Shown here: positions 10,295 to 19,281 of the stretch, in pieces
Numbering within the stretch: the first letter of the stretch is position 1
How the letters are laid out: every line of letters begins with the position of its first letter
From: a virus
Taxonomy: Duplodnaviria > Caudoviricetes
Direction: 5' to 3' (one strand)
DNA length: 51,904 nucleotides
IMG/VR virus record: IMGVR_UViG_3300008267_000139
Span: 1-51,904 of that record
Notes under the pieces: model-generated
Database searches by the model: none
What the model was told of the DNA's origin: nothing
What the model saw: the letters and a program-made list of their open reading frames with translations, nothing else
Position numbers and translations under genes: made by a program

Positions 10295-12391
10295 CTAGGC
10301 TAATGAATAGCTAGTACTTTTAGCTTGGCTGGTTCCTGTTGATAGCTGATTACCTACGACTTCACCTAGTTTTTCTGCACCTACTTGAATAGCCATAGCA
10401 GGTTGTGGTTTATTAGCTAATGCATTTACTGCATTTCTTACTTCATTTATTGCTGCTACTAAAGGTGATATATCTATACTTCTACCTCCTCCTTTACCTC
10501 CTCCTCCTAAATCAGTACCTGCTACAATAGTATCATTATTATTAAAAGCCACAGCTCCTTCAGGGCCAAACAGCATGCGTTTACCATAACCGGGAGATAT
10601 AACATCATCTCCTGTTTTAGCTCCTGCTAAATATCCCATTAAAGCTCCAAATAAAGCAGCAGCAACTCCTCCAGCAATTAACCAACCAACTCCAGGAATA
10701 GAAGCTGCACTTCCACCTGCTCTAGCAGAAGCTCCAGCAATATCTGCTGTAGCTCCTCTTATGCTTTCTCTAGTAGATAATCTTTTAAGTGCTAATGCTG
10801 TAGTTAATCCAGTAATCATTTTTACTAGGCTAACAGTTGCTATTAATCCTAGTACTGAATATAAGCCTGTAGCACTGCTGAGTATATTTGCAAATCCTTC
10901 TATAAGGCCTGATAGAGGTCCTGCTAGTATATTTCCAAGAGCGTCTTGCAATTTTAAAACAGCATTGTTAAATTTTTCTTGTATGTCTTGTCTTTCTTGA
11001 GCTTCTTTAGCTTCTCTTTCGGTTAGTTCTGCTAATGATTCTCCATTTTTTATAGCAAGTTCTTGTTTTCTTAATTGATCAGCTAATTCATCAGCAGTTA
11101 ACCCAACAGCTTCAGCTATTGATTTTTGTTGGATAACATTCATTTTTTGGAAATCAGCTAAGGATCCTACTTGACTAGATAATTCTTGTGCTAATGTAAC
11201 TTGATCTCCTACTAAAGCAGCAGCTCTAGCTCTTTCAAGATTTAATTGTTTGCCCGTTATTAATTCGGCTTTTAATTCATTTTCGATTGATGATTCAAAA
11301 TTTAAAAGAGCTTCACCTTGTTTAACAGTTTGTTCTAAGCTAGAACCTAAGGCTTTAGTAGCAACTACTGCTTTAACAATACCTGTAGGGTCATTTTGCA
11401 AATTAGCTGCTAATCTTCCAGATACTTTTGCAGCTTCTGCTATTGTTGCTTTAAATGGAACTCCTACTTTAAGGTTATTCCTAGTAGCAACAAAAGCTTT
11501 AACCATATTATCATTAACAGTTTTAGAAGCTTGTCCTGTTAATACAGAAAATCTATAAATACCCGCTGCTTCTTCTCCTGTTAATCCAAACTGTTTGGTT
11601 AACATTATTTGTGTTTCTAAAGCATCATCTGAGTATTCGGCTACAAATCCAATAGCATTGTTTAGTTCATTTGCTGCATCTCCAGCATTTTTAAGAGTAA
11701 CATTAACATTAAGTGATGATTGGGCTAGCCTAACCATATTAGATGTTACTCTATTAGCATTATCTGCTCCATAACCTAAATTTTTACCTATATCTGTTGA
11801 TATTTTACTAAAGCGTAAAGCACCATCTATTATGGCTTTAAATACAGTAGCTAAACTAAAGAATTTTTCAAGTTGTCCTCTAATCTCTTTATATTTAGAT
11901 ACAGCAAAGCCAGATAAAGAATTTTGTTTCTTTTTTTCCTCAGTAATTTTTTTCTCTTCTTCAGCAGCTTGTTGAATTAGTCTTATATTAGTATCTAAAG
12001 CCTGGTTGAATTTGATTTGTGATGTTATTAGTCGAAGTTGGCTTTCTATTTCGTCTTTAGCAGCTTGTGTTTTTGCCTTAGTGTACTTTTTTAATAATCT
12101 ATCTCTATCTTGCTGTAAGATATTTATTTTGACTTCTGCTTCTTCTTGAAGTTTATTTGCTTTTGAAAGAACATCTTTACCAATACCATATTTAATATTT
12201 AAAGCGCTAGCATTATCAACTTGCTTTTTAAGTTGAGCAGCAATATCACTATCAATTTCTTCAATGCTATCAAGCAGATCTTTAGTTTTTTCTAGCTGGT
12301 CATTGAATTTTTTCTGTTGTTCGGCTAGTCTTTCTGCTTGATCAGGTGAAAGAGGATCAAAATATCGTTTAGGAGTAAAGTCAAATCTCAT
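10295..12391 (-). CDS. Tail tape measure protein
   Basis: 698 aa helical, Ala/Gln/Lys-rich protein with hydrophobic Gly/Ala segments near the C-terminus; follows the tube and chaperone genes. Confidence 0.75.
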   Translation of the reverse strand: MRFDFTPKRYFDPLSPDQAERLAEQQKKFNDQLEKTKDLLDSIEEIDSDIAAQLKKQVDNASALNIKYGIGKDVLSKANKLQEEAEVKINILQQDRDRLLKKYTKAKTQAAKDEIESQLRLITSQIKFNQALDTNIRLIQQAAEEEKKITEEKKKQNSLSGFAVSKYKEIRGQLEKFFSLATVFKAIIDGALRFSKISTDIGKNLGYGADNANRVTSNMVRLAQSSLNVNVTLKNAGDAANELNNAIGFVAEYSDDALETQIMLTKQFGLTGEEAAGIYRFSVLTGQASKTVNDNMVKAFVATRNNLKVGVPFKATIAEAAKVSGRLAANLQNDPTGIVKAVVATKALGSSLEQTVKQGEALLNFESSIENELKAELITGKQLNLERARAAALVGDQVTLAQELSSQVGSLADFQKMNVIQQKSIAEAVGLTADELADQLRKQELAIKNGESLAELTEREAKEAQERQDIQEKFNNAVLKLQDALGNILAGPLSGLIEGFANILSSATGLYSVLGLIATVSLVKMITGLTTALALKRLSTRESIRGATADIAGASARAGGSAASIPGVGWLIAGGVAAALFGALMGYLAGAKTGDDVISPGYGKRMLFGPEGAVAFNNNDTIVAGTDLGGGGKGGGRSIDISPLVAAINEVRNAVNALANKPQPAMAIQVGAEKLGEVVGNQLSTGTSQAKSTSYSLA

Positions 12392-12404
12392 GCGTATAAA
12401 TATT

Positions 12405-12429
12405 AAGGCGCCTATTTTTTAGGCGCCTT
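12405..12429 (-). terminator. Hairpin over the stop codon of the small chaperone ORF
   Basis: AAGGCGCCTA-N5-TAGGCGCCTT is a perfect 10-bp stem, with only a weak U tract. Confidence 0.45.
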
Positions 12430-12693
12430 TGCTATGTATGTTGGTGTTTTAGATGGAGCTATGTTTGGTCGTGCTATATCTTTGTTTGATTTATTTTTAA
12501 GCATATTTTGTTGCTTTTCAGCTTCTTCATTTTGTTTTTCATAATATTCTTTTAATGTTTCAAATGTGAATCGACGCAACCAAATAGGCATATTATACAC
12601 TGTATCCCAGTCATATCCACCATTCCCATGAAATACTATTTCATGAACTTGTTTAAATAAAAATAATCTATATTCCTGCGTCAGGCCAAAAAA
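12412..12693 (-). CDS. Frameshift extension (GT-like) of the tail assembly chaperone
   Basis: The frame is open from the T7 run: FFGLTQEYRLFLFKQVHEIVFHGNGGYDWDTVYNMPIWLRRF...; it overlaps the end of the upstream gene. Confidence 0.65.
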   Translation of the reverse strand, partial: FFGLTQEYRLFLFKQVHEIVFHGNGGYDWDTVYNMPIWLRRFTFETLKEYYEKQNEEAEKQQNMLKNKSNKDIARPNIAPSKTPTYIAKAPKK

Positions 12694-13426
12694 AGTTAAG
12701 AGAAATAGGAATTACCATACCCTCCCCTGTATAGTTTTCATCATCAGGTTTAAATATCATATTAATATCTGGGGATATTTTATTGTAGTATTCACGTAGT
12801 GCTCTGGCATCTTTTGCAATAAGGTAATTATCAACAAAATCACGGATGTCTTTCTGGTCACGTTTTCCTTCAACTGAAGTAATCATGTGTTTTAGTCTAG
12901 TAGTAATATCTGTTGTAACATTAGGATTGACTTTTTGTAATCCTTTTATTTCAGCTTCAATTTTTTGTTCATCCCCGTGTGTTAATAATTTAAAAGTAAT
13001 GTTATTATTTGAAAAAGGCAAAGTAAATGAAAATTCATTTGTGCCTCTTTTAAATAAAGATTCATCTATTACTTTATCTTCTAATTTAGATAAATCAACT
13101 GTTGTTTCTATTTCTTGTCCTCTTTTATCTGTGTATTTAAAGGGGTAGTCTTTACCATAACCTAAAACACGAGCAGCAACTAATATTGCGTTTTTATCAC
13201 CAATTAACAGTTCATTATAATCAATTGGAGTAACAATTAGAGCTTGGAGTAACTTATCAATTACTATTCCTTGACGAAGATAATTACTGTTAGTAAGGAT
13301 ATCTTCTTCCTTAGCTGTCATATACTTCATTTCAATTTCACCTTTAGAGAGGGGTGATGTCTCGGGATACAGTAAGCCTTTTGAAGGTAATGAAACTGTT
13401 TCTGTTGGGATTTTCAATTCTGCCAT
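12668..13426 (-). CDS. Tail assembly chaperone / T4 gp26-like hub assembly protein
   Basis: VSLPSKGLLYP..MKYMTAKEEDIL..LLIGDKNAILVAARVLGYG..NFFWP; lies between tube and tape measure. Confidence 0.7.
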   Translation of the reverse strand: MAELKIPTETVSLPSKGLLYPETSPLSKGEIEMKYMTAKEEDILTNSNYLRQGIVIDKLLQALIVTPIDYNELLIGDKNAILVAARVLGYGKDYPFKYTDKRGQEIETTVDLSKLEDKVIDESLFKRGTNEFSFTLPFSNNNITFKLLTHGDEQKIEAEIKGLQKVNPNVTTDITTRLKHMITSVEGKRDQKDIRDFVDNYLIAKDARALREYYNKISPDINMIFKPDDENYTGEGMVIPISLNFFWPDAGI

Positions 13427-13462
13427 AAACTATTTTGTTATTGTATATATAAATATATGCAG

Positions 13463-13494
13463 AAAAAAAGTGTTTGCAAAAGAAGCAAACACTT
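13463..13494 (-). terminator. Intrinsic terminator-like hairpin
   Basis: AAGTGTTTGC-N7-GCAAACACTT followed by a T run on the minus strand. Confidence 0.6.
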
Positions 13495-13549
13495 AGTTTT
13501 ATAAATACGAATGACTTATTTTTCATCGTTTGCAATAAATATTACAAAC

Positions 13550-13580
13550 AAAAAAGACGTTTGCCTAAGCAAACGTCTCT
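13550..13580 (-). terminator. Intrinsic terminator after the tail tube gene
   Basis: AGACGTTTGC-TTAG-GCAAACGTCT followed by TTTTT on the minus strand. Confidence 0.8.
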
Positions 13581-13599
13581 TAAAATAATTATTATTAAA

Positions 13600-14085
13600 T
13601 TAGAAGTTCAATACGCAGTAATCCATAGCGATTGTTACTGTTAGATTAATTGCTGCTTCGTTAGCCCAATCGTATTCGCCGAATGTGGCTGTTTTAACAT
13701 AAGCACCGTTAATAATCCATTCACCTACTACATCACCTACAGGACCAAGTATATCTAATGTGAGTGTTTTTTTATAAAAATCAGAATAACCATCACGACC
13801 AGTTACTGATTCGTGTGCTAAACGAGCCCATTCCATTACTGCTTGAGCACCTGATGGAGTTACAGGATCGTATAAATTTAAAGTCATATCATTCCATCTA
13901 ACTTTACCTTTAACTTTACGGTAAACGTTGATGTGATCTAAAATAATTTCACCAGCTTCAAATCCAGGAGCAGTTGCTGATTTGATCAAGTACGCAGGAA
14001 TACCATCGATGTACATGATAAAGCGATTCTGAACTTTTGGTTCAAATGCTGTGAACATTATTTCGTTGGGTGATAATACAGCCAT
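13600..14085 (-). CDS. Tail tube protein (gp19-like)
   Basis: FEPKVQNRF..GKVRWNDMTLNLYDP..VMEW..GEYDW; directly follows the sheath gene. Confidence 0.88.
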   Translation of the reverse strand: MAVLSPNEIMFTAFEPKVQNRFIMYIDGIPAYLIKSATAPGFEAGEIILDHINVYRKVKGKVRWNDMTLNLYDPVTPSGAQAVMEWARLAHESVTGRDGYSDFYKKTLTLDILGPVGDVVGEWIINGAYVKTATFGEYDWANEAAINLTVTIAMDYCVLNF

Positions 14086-14133
14086 TTTATGTTAATTTTT
14101 TATTGCTATCAATAAATATAGCAACTACACTCC

Positions 14134-16230
14134 CTATGCAGGGAATGTAGCGCCAGTTGGTAATACGTTGAAATTTAATATGATAAATTCAGCTGTCTTA
14201 GTTGGTTGAATATAAATTTGACCTACTAATTGATTTCTATCAATTACATCAGGTGTGTTATTAGATTCATCCATTATTACTCTGTAAGTATATAGACCTT
14301 GACGTTGTACTACTGAATCTAGGTATGGGTTAACTTGAGATAGGAATCTATTGCGAGTTACTGTTGTATTTTGTTCAAATACTAAGTTGTTTGCAACTTG
14401 GCCAATGAAGTCTTTTAATGCAATTAATAGACGACGAACATTTACTCTATCTAAAGCAGTTGCTCTACGTTGTAATGTTTTCTGGCCAAATACTACAACA
14501 CCTTCTCCAGGGAATGTAGCTAATGGGTTAACATTTGCATTGTATAGTACATCGCGATCATTTTGAGTTAATTTTCTTTCAGCACGTAATACTGAAGGAA
14601 CACCACCACGATTTAGGCCTGCAGGAGCAAACCATTCAGCACCAACTTGATCGTTGAATGCGAATACACCACCCATTACTGCTGATGGAGGACACCATAC
14701 TGCCTTGCCTAAAGCACTTGAATATAATTGAATCCAAGGCCAGTAAGTAGCAGCATAGTTACTTGATTGACCAGCAGCAGCAGAAGCAGCTGATGATACT
14801 ACAGCCCCATATACTTTAGTATCTACTACTGCAATAGCATCACCTCTACTTTCACAAGTAGAAATCATAGTTGCAGAAGCAGCATTATCTAAACCTACAC
14901 CAGGAGCTAACAATACATTAAAACGATATTCATCTTTATTTGCTAATAAAGCAAAAGCAGCTTGATAATCAGCAACAGCAAATCCTTGGACGTTTGTTGT
15001 TGTGATATTTTCGTTCATTTTTTGTTCTAAATTAGTTGCAGCAAGCCCACCAGCAAATGAACCACCATATGATCCACTTCCTAATGCTGGGAGACTACCA
15101 CTGTATTGGGCTGCTTTATAGGCACCGTTATTATCAATAGAATCTACTTGAAGTCCTGTTACAGATTTAACACGGATGTATTGAGAAGCATTAGCATAAG
15201 AACCAGTATAATCAATATATGGAGCACCATCACTGTCTACTTTGTAAACTGGTTTATAATCACCAATTACACGAGAAATAAAGTTTGGTAATGCTGGGTC
15301 TAGTGATAGGTTAGGCCATGTTTCAAGATAGTTAAGTTGAGCATTATTATCATTACCAGCACGAACTGCTAGATTAAATGTACCACTTCCAGTATTAACA
15401 CTTGTAACTTCCCAACGAACATTAACAGCACTTCCGCTTGCTAAAGCACCACTTACTAAGCTAGAGGTATTATTCATAATATTACCCCAAGCTATTGTTT
15501 CAAGAGAGAATGAAGTATTACCAGTAGTAGTGTTAATTGTTCCTCCTCCTAATGTAAATAAAGTAGAGAAAGAAGAAGCAGATCCTGTAGCCACAGTAAT
15601 ACCATTAGCATAAGTACCTGCTGAAGATCCAGATACAATTAATGTTGCCGTACTATTAGATGCTTGAACTATACCAGACATAGCAGTATTGATTTCAGCT
15701 GCTAGATTTATTGCAGAAGCCTCAGCTGTTGAACCAGTACTGAAGAAATATAGTTTTCCATCAGTATCATCACTAGGTACAGGATTACCAGAAGCTATAA
15801 ATCTGTACACATCACTACCATATGTAATTCTAACTTCATCATTGTCAGTAAAAGCAGCAGCTAATAATCCACTTCCTGTAGCATATAGAACACCTACAGT
15901 TGTGCTAGAAGGTACATCAGCACTAGCATAAGTACTCATACCCGTACTACCACTAATAATTTTAGTAACTAATAATGTTTGACCACCATTATTAAAGAAA
16001 TCTTTAGCAGCTAAAGATGTAAGATATTCGTAGTAATAACTACCACTTTTAAATGTTTCACCAAACTTAGATACGAACTCAGTATATGATGTAACATAAG
16101 TAGGAACCATCGGTTGGCCTAATACCGTAGGGCCAACGATTGCGGTTGCTGTCCCTTGAATACCCCTTTGAACTAACGACTGGTCAGATTCATTTTGGAA
16201 TACACCGGGAGATAAAATTTGTTCTGCCAT
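14134..16230 (-). CDS. Contractile tail sheath protein (gp18-like)
   Basis: LSPGVFQNESD N-terminus, WFAPAGLNRG, VVFGQKTLQ, LDRVNVRRLL, IYIQPTKTAEFIILNF. Confidence 0.95.
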   Translation of the reverse strand: MAEQILSPGVFQNESDQSLVQRGIQGTATAIVGPTVLGQPMVPTYVTSYTEFVSKFGETFKSGSYYYEYLTSLAAKDFFNNGGQTLLVTKIISGSTGMSTYASADVPSSTTVGVLYATGSGLLAAAFTDNDEVRITYGSDVYRFIASGNPVPSDDTDGKLYFFSTGSTAEASAINLAAEINTAMSGIVQASNSTATLIVSGSSAGTYANGITVATGSASSFSTLFTLGGGTINTTTGNTSFSLETIAWGNIMNNTSSLVSGALASGSAVNVRWEVTSVNTGSGTFNLAVRAGNDNNAQLNYLETWPNLSLDPALPNFISRVIGDYKPVYKVDSDGAPYIDYTGSYANASQYIRVKSVTGLQVDSIDNNGAYKAAQYSGSLPALGSGSYGGSFAGGLAATNLEQKMNENITTTNVQGFAVADYQAAFALLANKDEYRFNVLLAPGVGLDNAASATMISTCESRGDAIAVVDTKVYGAVVSSAASAAAGQSSNYAATYWPWIQLYSSALGKAVWCPPSAVMGGVFAFNDQVGAEWFAPAGLNRGGVPSVLRAERKLTQNDRDVLYNANVNPLATFPGEGVVVFGQKTLQRRATALDRVNVRRLLIALKDFIGQVANNLVFEQNTTVTRNRFLSQVNPYLDSVVQRQGLYTYRVIMDESNNTPDVIDRNQLVGQIYIQPTKTAEFIILNFNVLPTGATFPA

Positions 16231-16309
16231 TTTGTATAATTGTTTTTGAAAATTTAATAGGATTGACCTAATAATAAATATCTAAAATCAATTATAAACC
16301 GCAGAACTA

Positions 16310-16576
16310 TTACTGGATAGGCGTTATTTCTCCGGTTTCTGGATTGATTGAGCCAGCTCCATATTTTTCTTGGAGATTATTAACTAGTTCTGATTCTTTC
16401 TGTTCAATTGTAGCTAGATCATTAACTAATTGCTTTTTATTTTCTCCAAGTTTATCCACTTGTTCTTGCAAAGCGATACGTTGCGCCTCGGCTACTCCAA
16501 TTTCAAATATAGTTTGATTATACTTTGATTGAAGATCTTTAATTGATTGTAATTCTTCTGTTGTTAATTGTGCCAT
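16310..16576 (-). CDS. Small coiled-coil protein (paralogue of 16811..17053)
   Basis: MAQLTTEEL..KYGAGSINPETGEITP; start moved to the second Met to avoid overlap. Confidence 0.7.
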   Translation of the reverse strand: MAQLTTEELQSIKDLQSKYNQTIFEIGVAEAQRIALQEQVDKLGENKKQLVNDLATIEQKESELVNNLQEKYGAGSINPETGEITPIQ

Positions 16577-16584
16577 AACATTAT

Positions 16585-16818
16585 TTATTTTTCCCATTTA
16601 GCTAATGGGCAAGCTTCAGGACCTGGTTTAGGTGAAAATACTTTTTTACTTAATGGACAACCGCATTCTCCACAAACAAATGAAGCAATTGCTTTAACAT
16701 ATGTTTTTTTATCACATGAATCACAAACGTTAGCTCTATATTGAGCTATCGTTTGTTGATCAGGTGTAGGATTAGCAGCAGCTACCCATGATTTAAATAT
16801 CTCAGATATTTTATTCAT
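16585..16818 (-). CDS. Small Cys-rich (Zn-binding) protein
   Basis: R..VCDSC..CGECGCPL..K..CPLAKW. Confidence 0.7.
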   Translation of the reverse strand: MNKISEIFKSWVAAANPTPDQQTIAQYRANVCDSCDKKTYVKAIASFVCGECGCPLSKKVFSPKPGPEACPLAKWEK

Positions 16819-17053
16819 TAGTTGGTGTGATTTCGCCAGTATTTAAATCAAGATTTCCATTACCATACTTAATAGAAAGTTTATTATAAAAATCTTGTTC
16901 TTGAGATACTAAATTACGATAAGTAGAAAGTAATGATTCTTTTTGAAGACGATTCTCACCTAAAGCAAATGTAATTTGATTTTTATTTGCTTTATAATTT
17001 TTAAGTTGTACTAATTCTTCCTCAGTAAGGAATTTTTTAGTTTCGTCACTCAT
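16811..17053 (-). CDS. Small coiled-coil protein
   Basis: FLTEEEL..KYGNGNLDLNTGEITP. Confidence 0.7.
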   Translation of the reverse strand: MSDETKKFLTEEELVQLKNYKANKNQITFALGENRLQKESLLSTYRNLVSQEQDFYNKLSIKYGNGNLDLNTGEITPTNE

Positions 17054-17307
17054 TATTTTTCTTTTTTAATAATCTTCTTACCACCAGTGCTCATAGAAGG
17101 TTTAGCAGCAGGCTTTTTAGCAGCAGGTTTTTTTACTTTTTTAACTTCTTCTTTAACTTCATCAACAAGATCTTTGATTGCTTCTACTTTAGTTTCGATT
17201 ACATCAGGAATGTTGTTGTTGTTTGCATCAGCAACTTTACCTTTTTTCATAAGAAAAAATGTAGCAACGGCTGCAGCGACTAGTAATACGATAATAACTG
17301 TTAACAT
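17053..17307 (-). CDS. Small membrane-anchored protein with a Lys-rich tail
   Basis: N-terminal hydrophobic helix, DANNNNIPD, KKPAAKKPAAK; start set downstream of the promoter motif. Confidence 0.65.
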   Translation of the reverse strand: MLTVIIVLLVAAAVATFFLMKKGKVADANNNNIPDVIETKVEAIKDLVDEVKEEVKKVKKPAAKKPAAKPSMSTGGKKIIKKEK

Positions 17308-17382
17308 AAAATTTATTTTTTGGTTTACGTATATAAATATATAATAAAGATTGAGGACAACCAAATTTATTTAACTTATTTA

Positions 17383-18954
17383 TTAATTCTCAGTAATATA
17401 AATTGTTGCATTAAATCCATAACCTGCGTTTGCAACCGGATTAGTAGCCCATGTTACTGGGTTTGATTTAATTTCAATATATTCACCGGGGGAAACAGAC
17501 ATACTTATTCCAGTGCTAAACCAGTCTCTTGTTAATGCTGACACTCCTACTGTTTCTATTGATTGTGAAGTAACTGCATTTTTAACAATAAAAAGTTGCC
17601 AAGATTCAGCAGAACCTGCTGTAGAAAATGAAGCATATGCATAAACGGCTGTTATAGTTCCTGCTTTAGGAATATAAATCTCACCTCTACCTTGAGCGTT
17701 GGAAATATTGAGAGAATGACCCGAACCAATATAATATGTAGTAGCATCAGCCCATGTAAAGTTAGCTACGGCAAAAGAAGATGCTTGTAAAACATAACCA
17801 CCACCAGCAGCAGGAGGAGCATATGATGCTGAGAGAGCATAAGATGCTGAGGTGGCATTGGATGCTGTTAAATTATTTATTACTCCATTTGTTCCTGTTA
17901 TACTGCCACTTACATTTATTGATCCTGTAAATTGATGAGTGTCTGTAATTAGATTTCCAAATTTACTTGAACCTGTAATCCAACTTACAGATGAAGTAAT
18001 AGTTTGTACTACTAAAGTCTGTGCTGTTATTGTACCTGTTGAAGTAATACTACCACTAATATTTAAAGATCCAGTGACAACAGCACTTCCACTTATATCT
18101 ATGTCACCATTTAATGATGTTTCTTTTCCAAATCCAACTCTAGATTGAGATACATATAATGCTCGTGTTCCATATTGTCCAATACGAACAGTATTATCTG
18201 AGAATGCTTCTATTACAGGTAAACCTGCTATTGTATTAACTGAAAATAATGACCCAGAGAGTGAATCATTTACACTAAAGAGACGACCTGCAGCTCCATC
18301 AACTGTAAAGATAGAAGATGTAGCTAAACTACCTGAGCCTCTAATGTTGGTTACGTTTACTGTACCTGATACTTGAAGTTTTGCCGCGGGTATTGTAGTA
18401 CCTATGCCAATATTACCACTAGCACTAATAACCATATGATCGGCATTTGCTTCTCTAAAATGTATGTTTTTGCCAGTAGGTCTATTTATATAAAGAGATT
18501 GATCAGTAGGTGAACTTAAGAAATTATATGATGTTGAAGAAGCAGTACTATTTAAACTAATACCAGCATATCCTGAGGATCCGAAAGCATCTCCGATTAA
18601 TACTCGGCTTGTTCCATTTCCAGCAACATCAAGTCTAAGTCTAGGATTTGTAACTCCTACACCAACATTACCACTACTACTTACATACAAAAATGTAGAT
18701 GAACCACTTATGATTCTAAATGTATCTCCGTTTACATCAACAGATGCAGTTACACTACCTGTAGTAATTCTATCCCCAACAGCAGTAGATGTACCTCCAG
18801 GTGCCCAAGCGGCTGAAATAGCATTTGATGCTGAGACAGCCCAGGATGAGGTGCCAAGTAAAGATCCAGTAATTCCATTTGTAACATTTAAAGATCCTGT
18901 TACAGTGCTATTATCTAAGGCAATGAGGCCATTGCGAGCAACGAATTCATTCAT
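17383..18954 (-). CDS. Tail fibre/adhesin-like protein (523 aa)
   Basis: GNVGVGVTNP and GNIGIGTTIP fibre repeats, TITAQTLVVQTITSS..THQFTGS module, beta-rich C-terminal head. Confidence 0.75.
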   Translation of the reverse strand: MNEFVARNGLIALDNSTVTGSLNVTNGITGSLLGTSSWAVSASNAISAAWAPGGTSTAVGDRITTGSVTASVDVNGDTFRIISGSSTFLYVSSSGNVGVGVTNPRLRLDVAGNGTSRVLIGDAFGSSGYAGISLNSTASSTSYNFLSSPTDQSLYINRPTGKNIHFREANADHMVISASGNIGIGTTIPAAKLQVSGTVNVTNIRGSGSLATSSIFTVDGAAGRLFSVNDSLSGSLFSVNTIAGLPVIEAFSDNTVRIGQYGTRALYVSQSRVGFGKETSLNGDIDISGSAVVTGSLNISGSITSTGTITAQTLVVQTITSSVSWITGSSKFGNLITDTHQFTGSINVSGSITGTNGVINNLTASNATSASYALSASYAPPAAGGGYVLQASSFAVANFTWADATTYYIGSGHSLNISNAQGRGEIYIPKAGTITAVYAYASFSTAGSAESWQLFIVKNAVTSQSIETVGVSALTRDWFSTGISMSVSPGEYIEIKSNPVTWATNPVANAGYGFNATIYITEN

Positions 18955-18963
18955 TTATGTTGT

Positions 18964-19007
18964 GTTCTAGATCCCTATCCCTAGAACGGGGGTTTACATA
19001 TAAATAT
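18964..19007 (-). promoter_or_regulatory. ATATTTAT motif plus leader hairpin with a GGATAGGGAT loop
   Basis: GTTCTAG-GGATAGGGAT-CTAGAAC, 9 nt before the ATG. Confidence 0.6.
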
Positions 19008-19264
19008 TATAGAAGTGGATTAGGAGCAGTCCATTCTTCTGTAGCTAATGTTGCTAATATTTCCTCATAGGTATATGGTCCTTCTTTAGTTGTTAAGGCT
19101 TCTACCGATGATGGAATTGTTTGTCCCTCCCATTTTACAAATGTTTTTGTTCCATCTACTGATTTGCGAACAGTATCAATAGATGTTTCTAACACCTGTG
19201 TAAAATCAATTGTATCTAATTCAGATACATTAAAAATCATAAATTCTCTGTTTTGATATTCCAT
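19007..19264 (-). CDS. Hypothetical small protein in the fibre cluster
   Basis: IDFTQVLETSIDTVRKSVDGTKTFVKW..YTYEEILATLATEEW. Confidence 0.7.
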   Translation of the reverse strand: MEYQNREFMIFNVSELDTIDFTQVLETSIDTVRKSVDGTKTFVKWEGQTIPSSVEALTTKEGPYTYEEILATLATEEWTAPNPLL

Positions 19265-19281
19265 AGTTATATTTTTTATAA

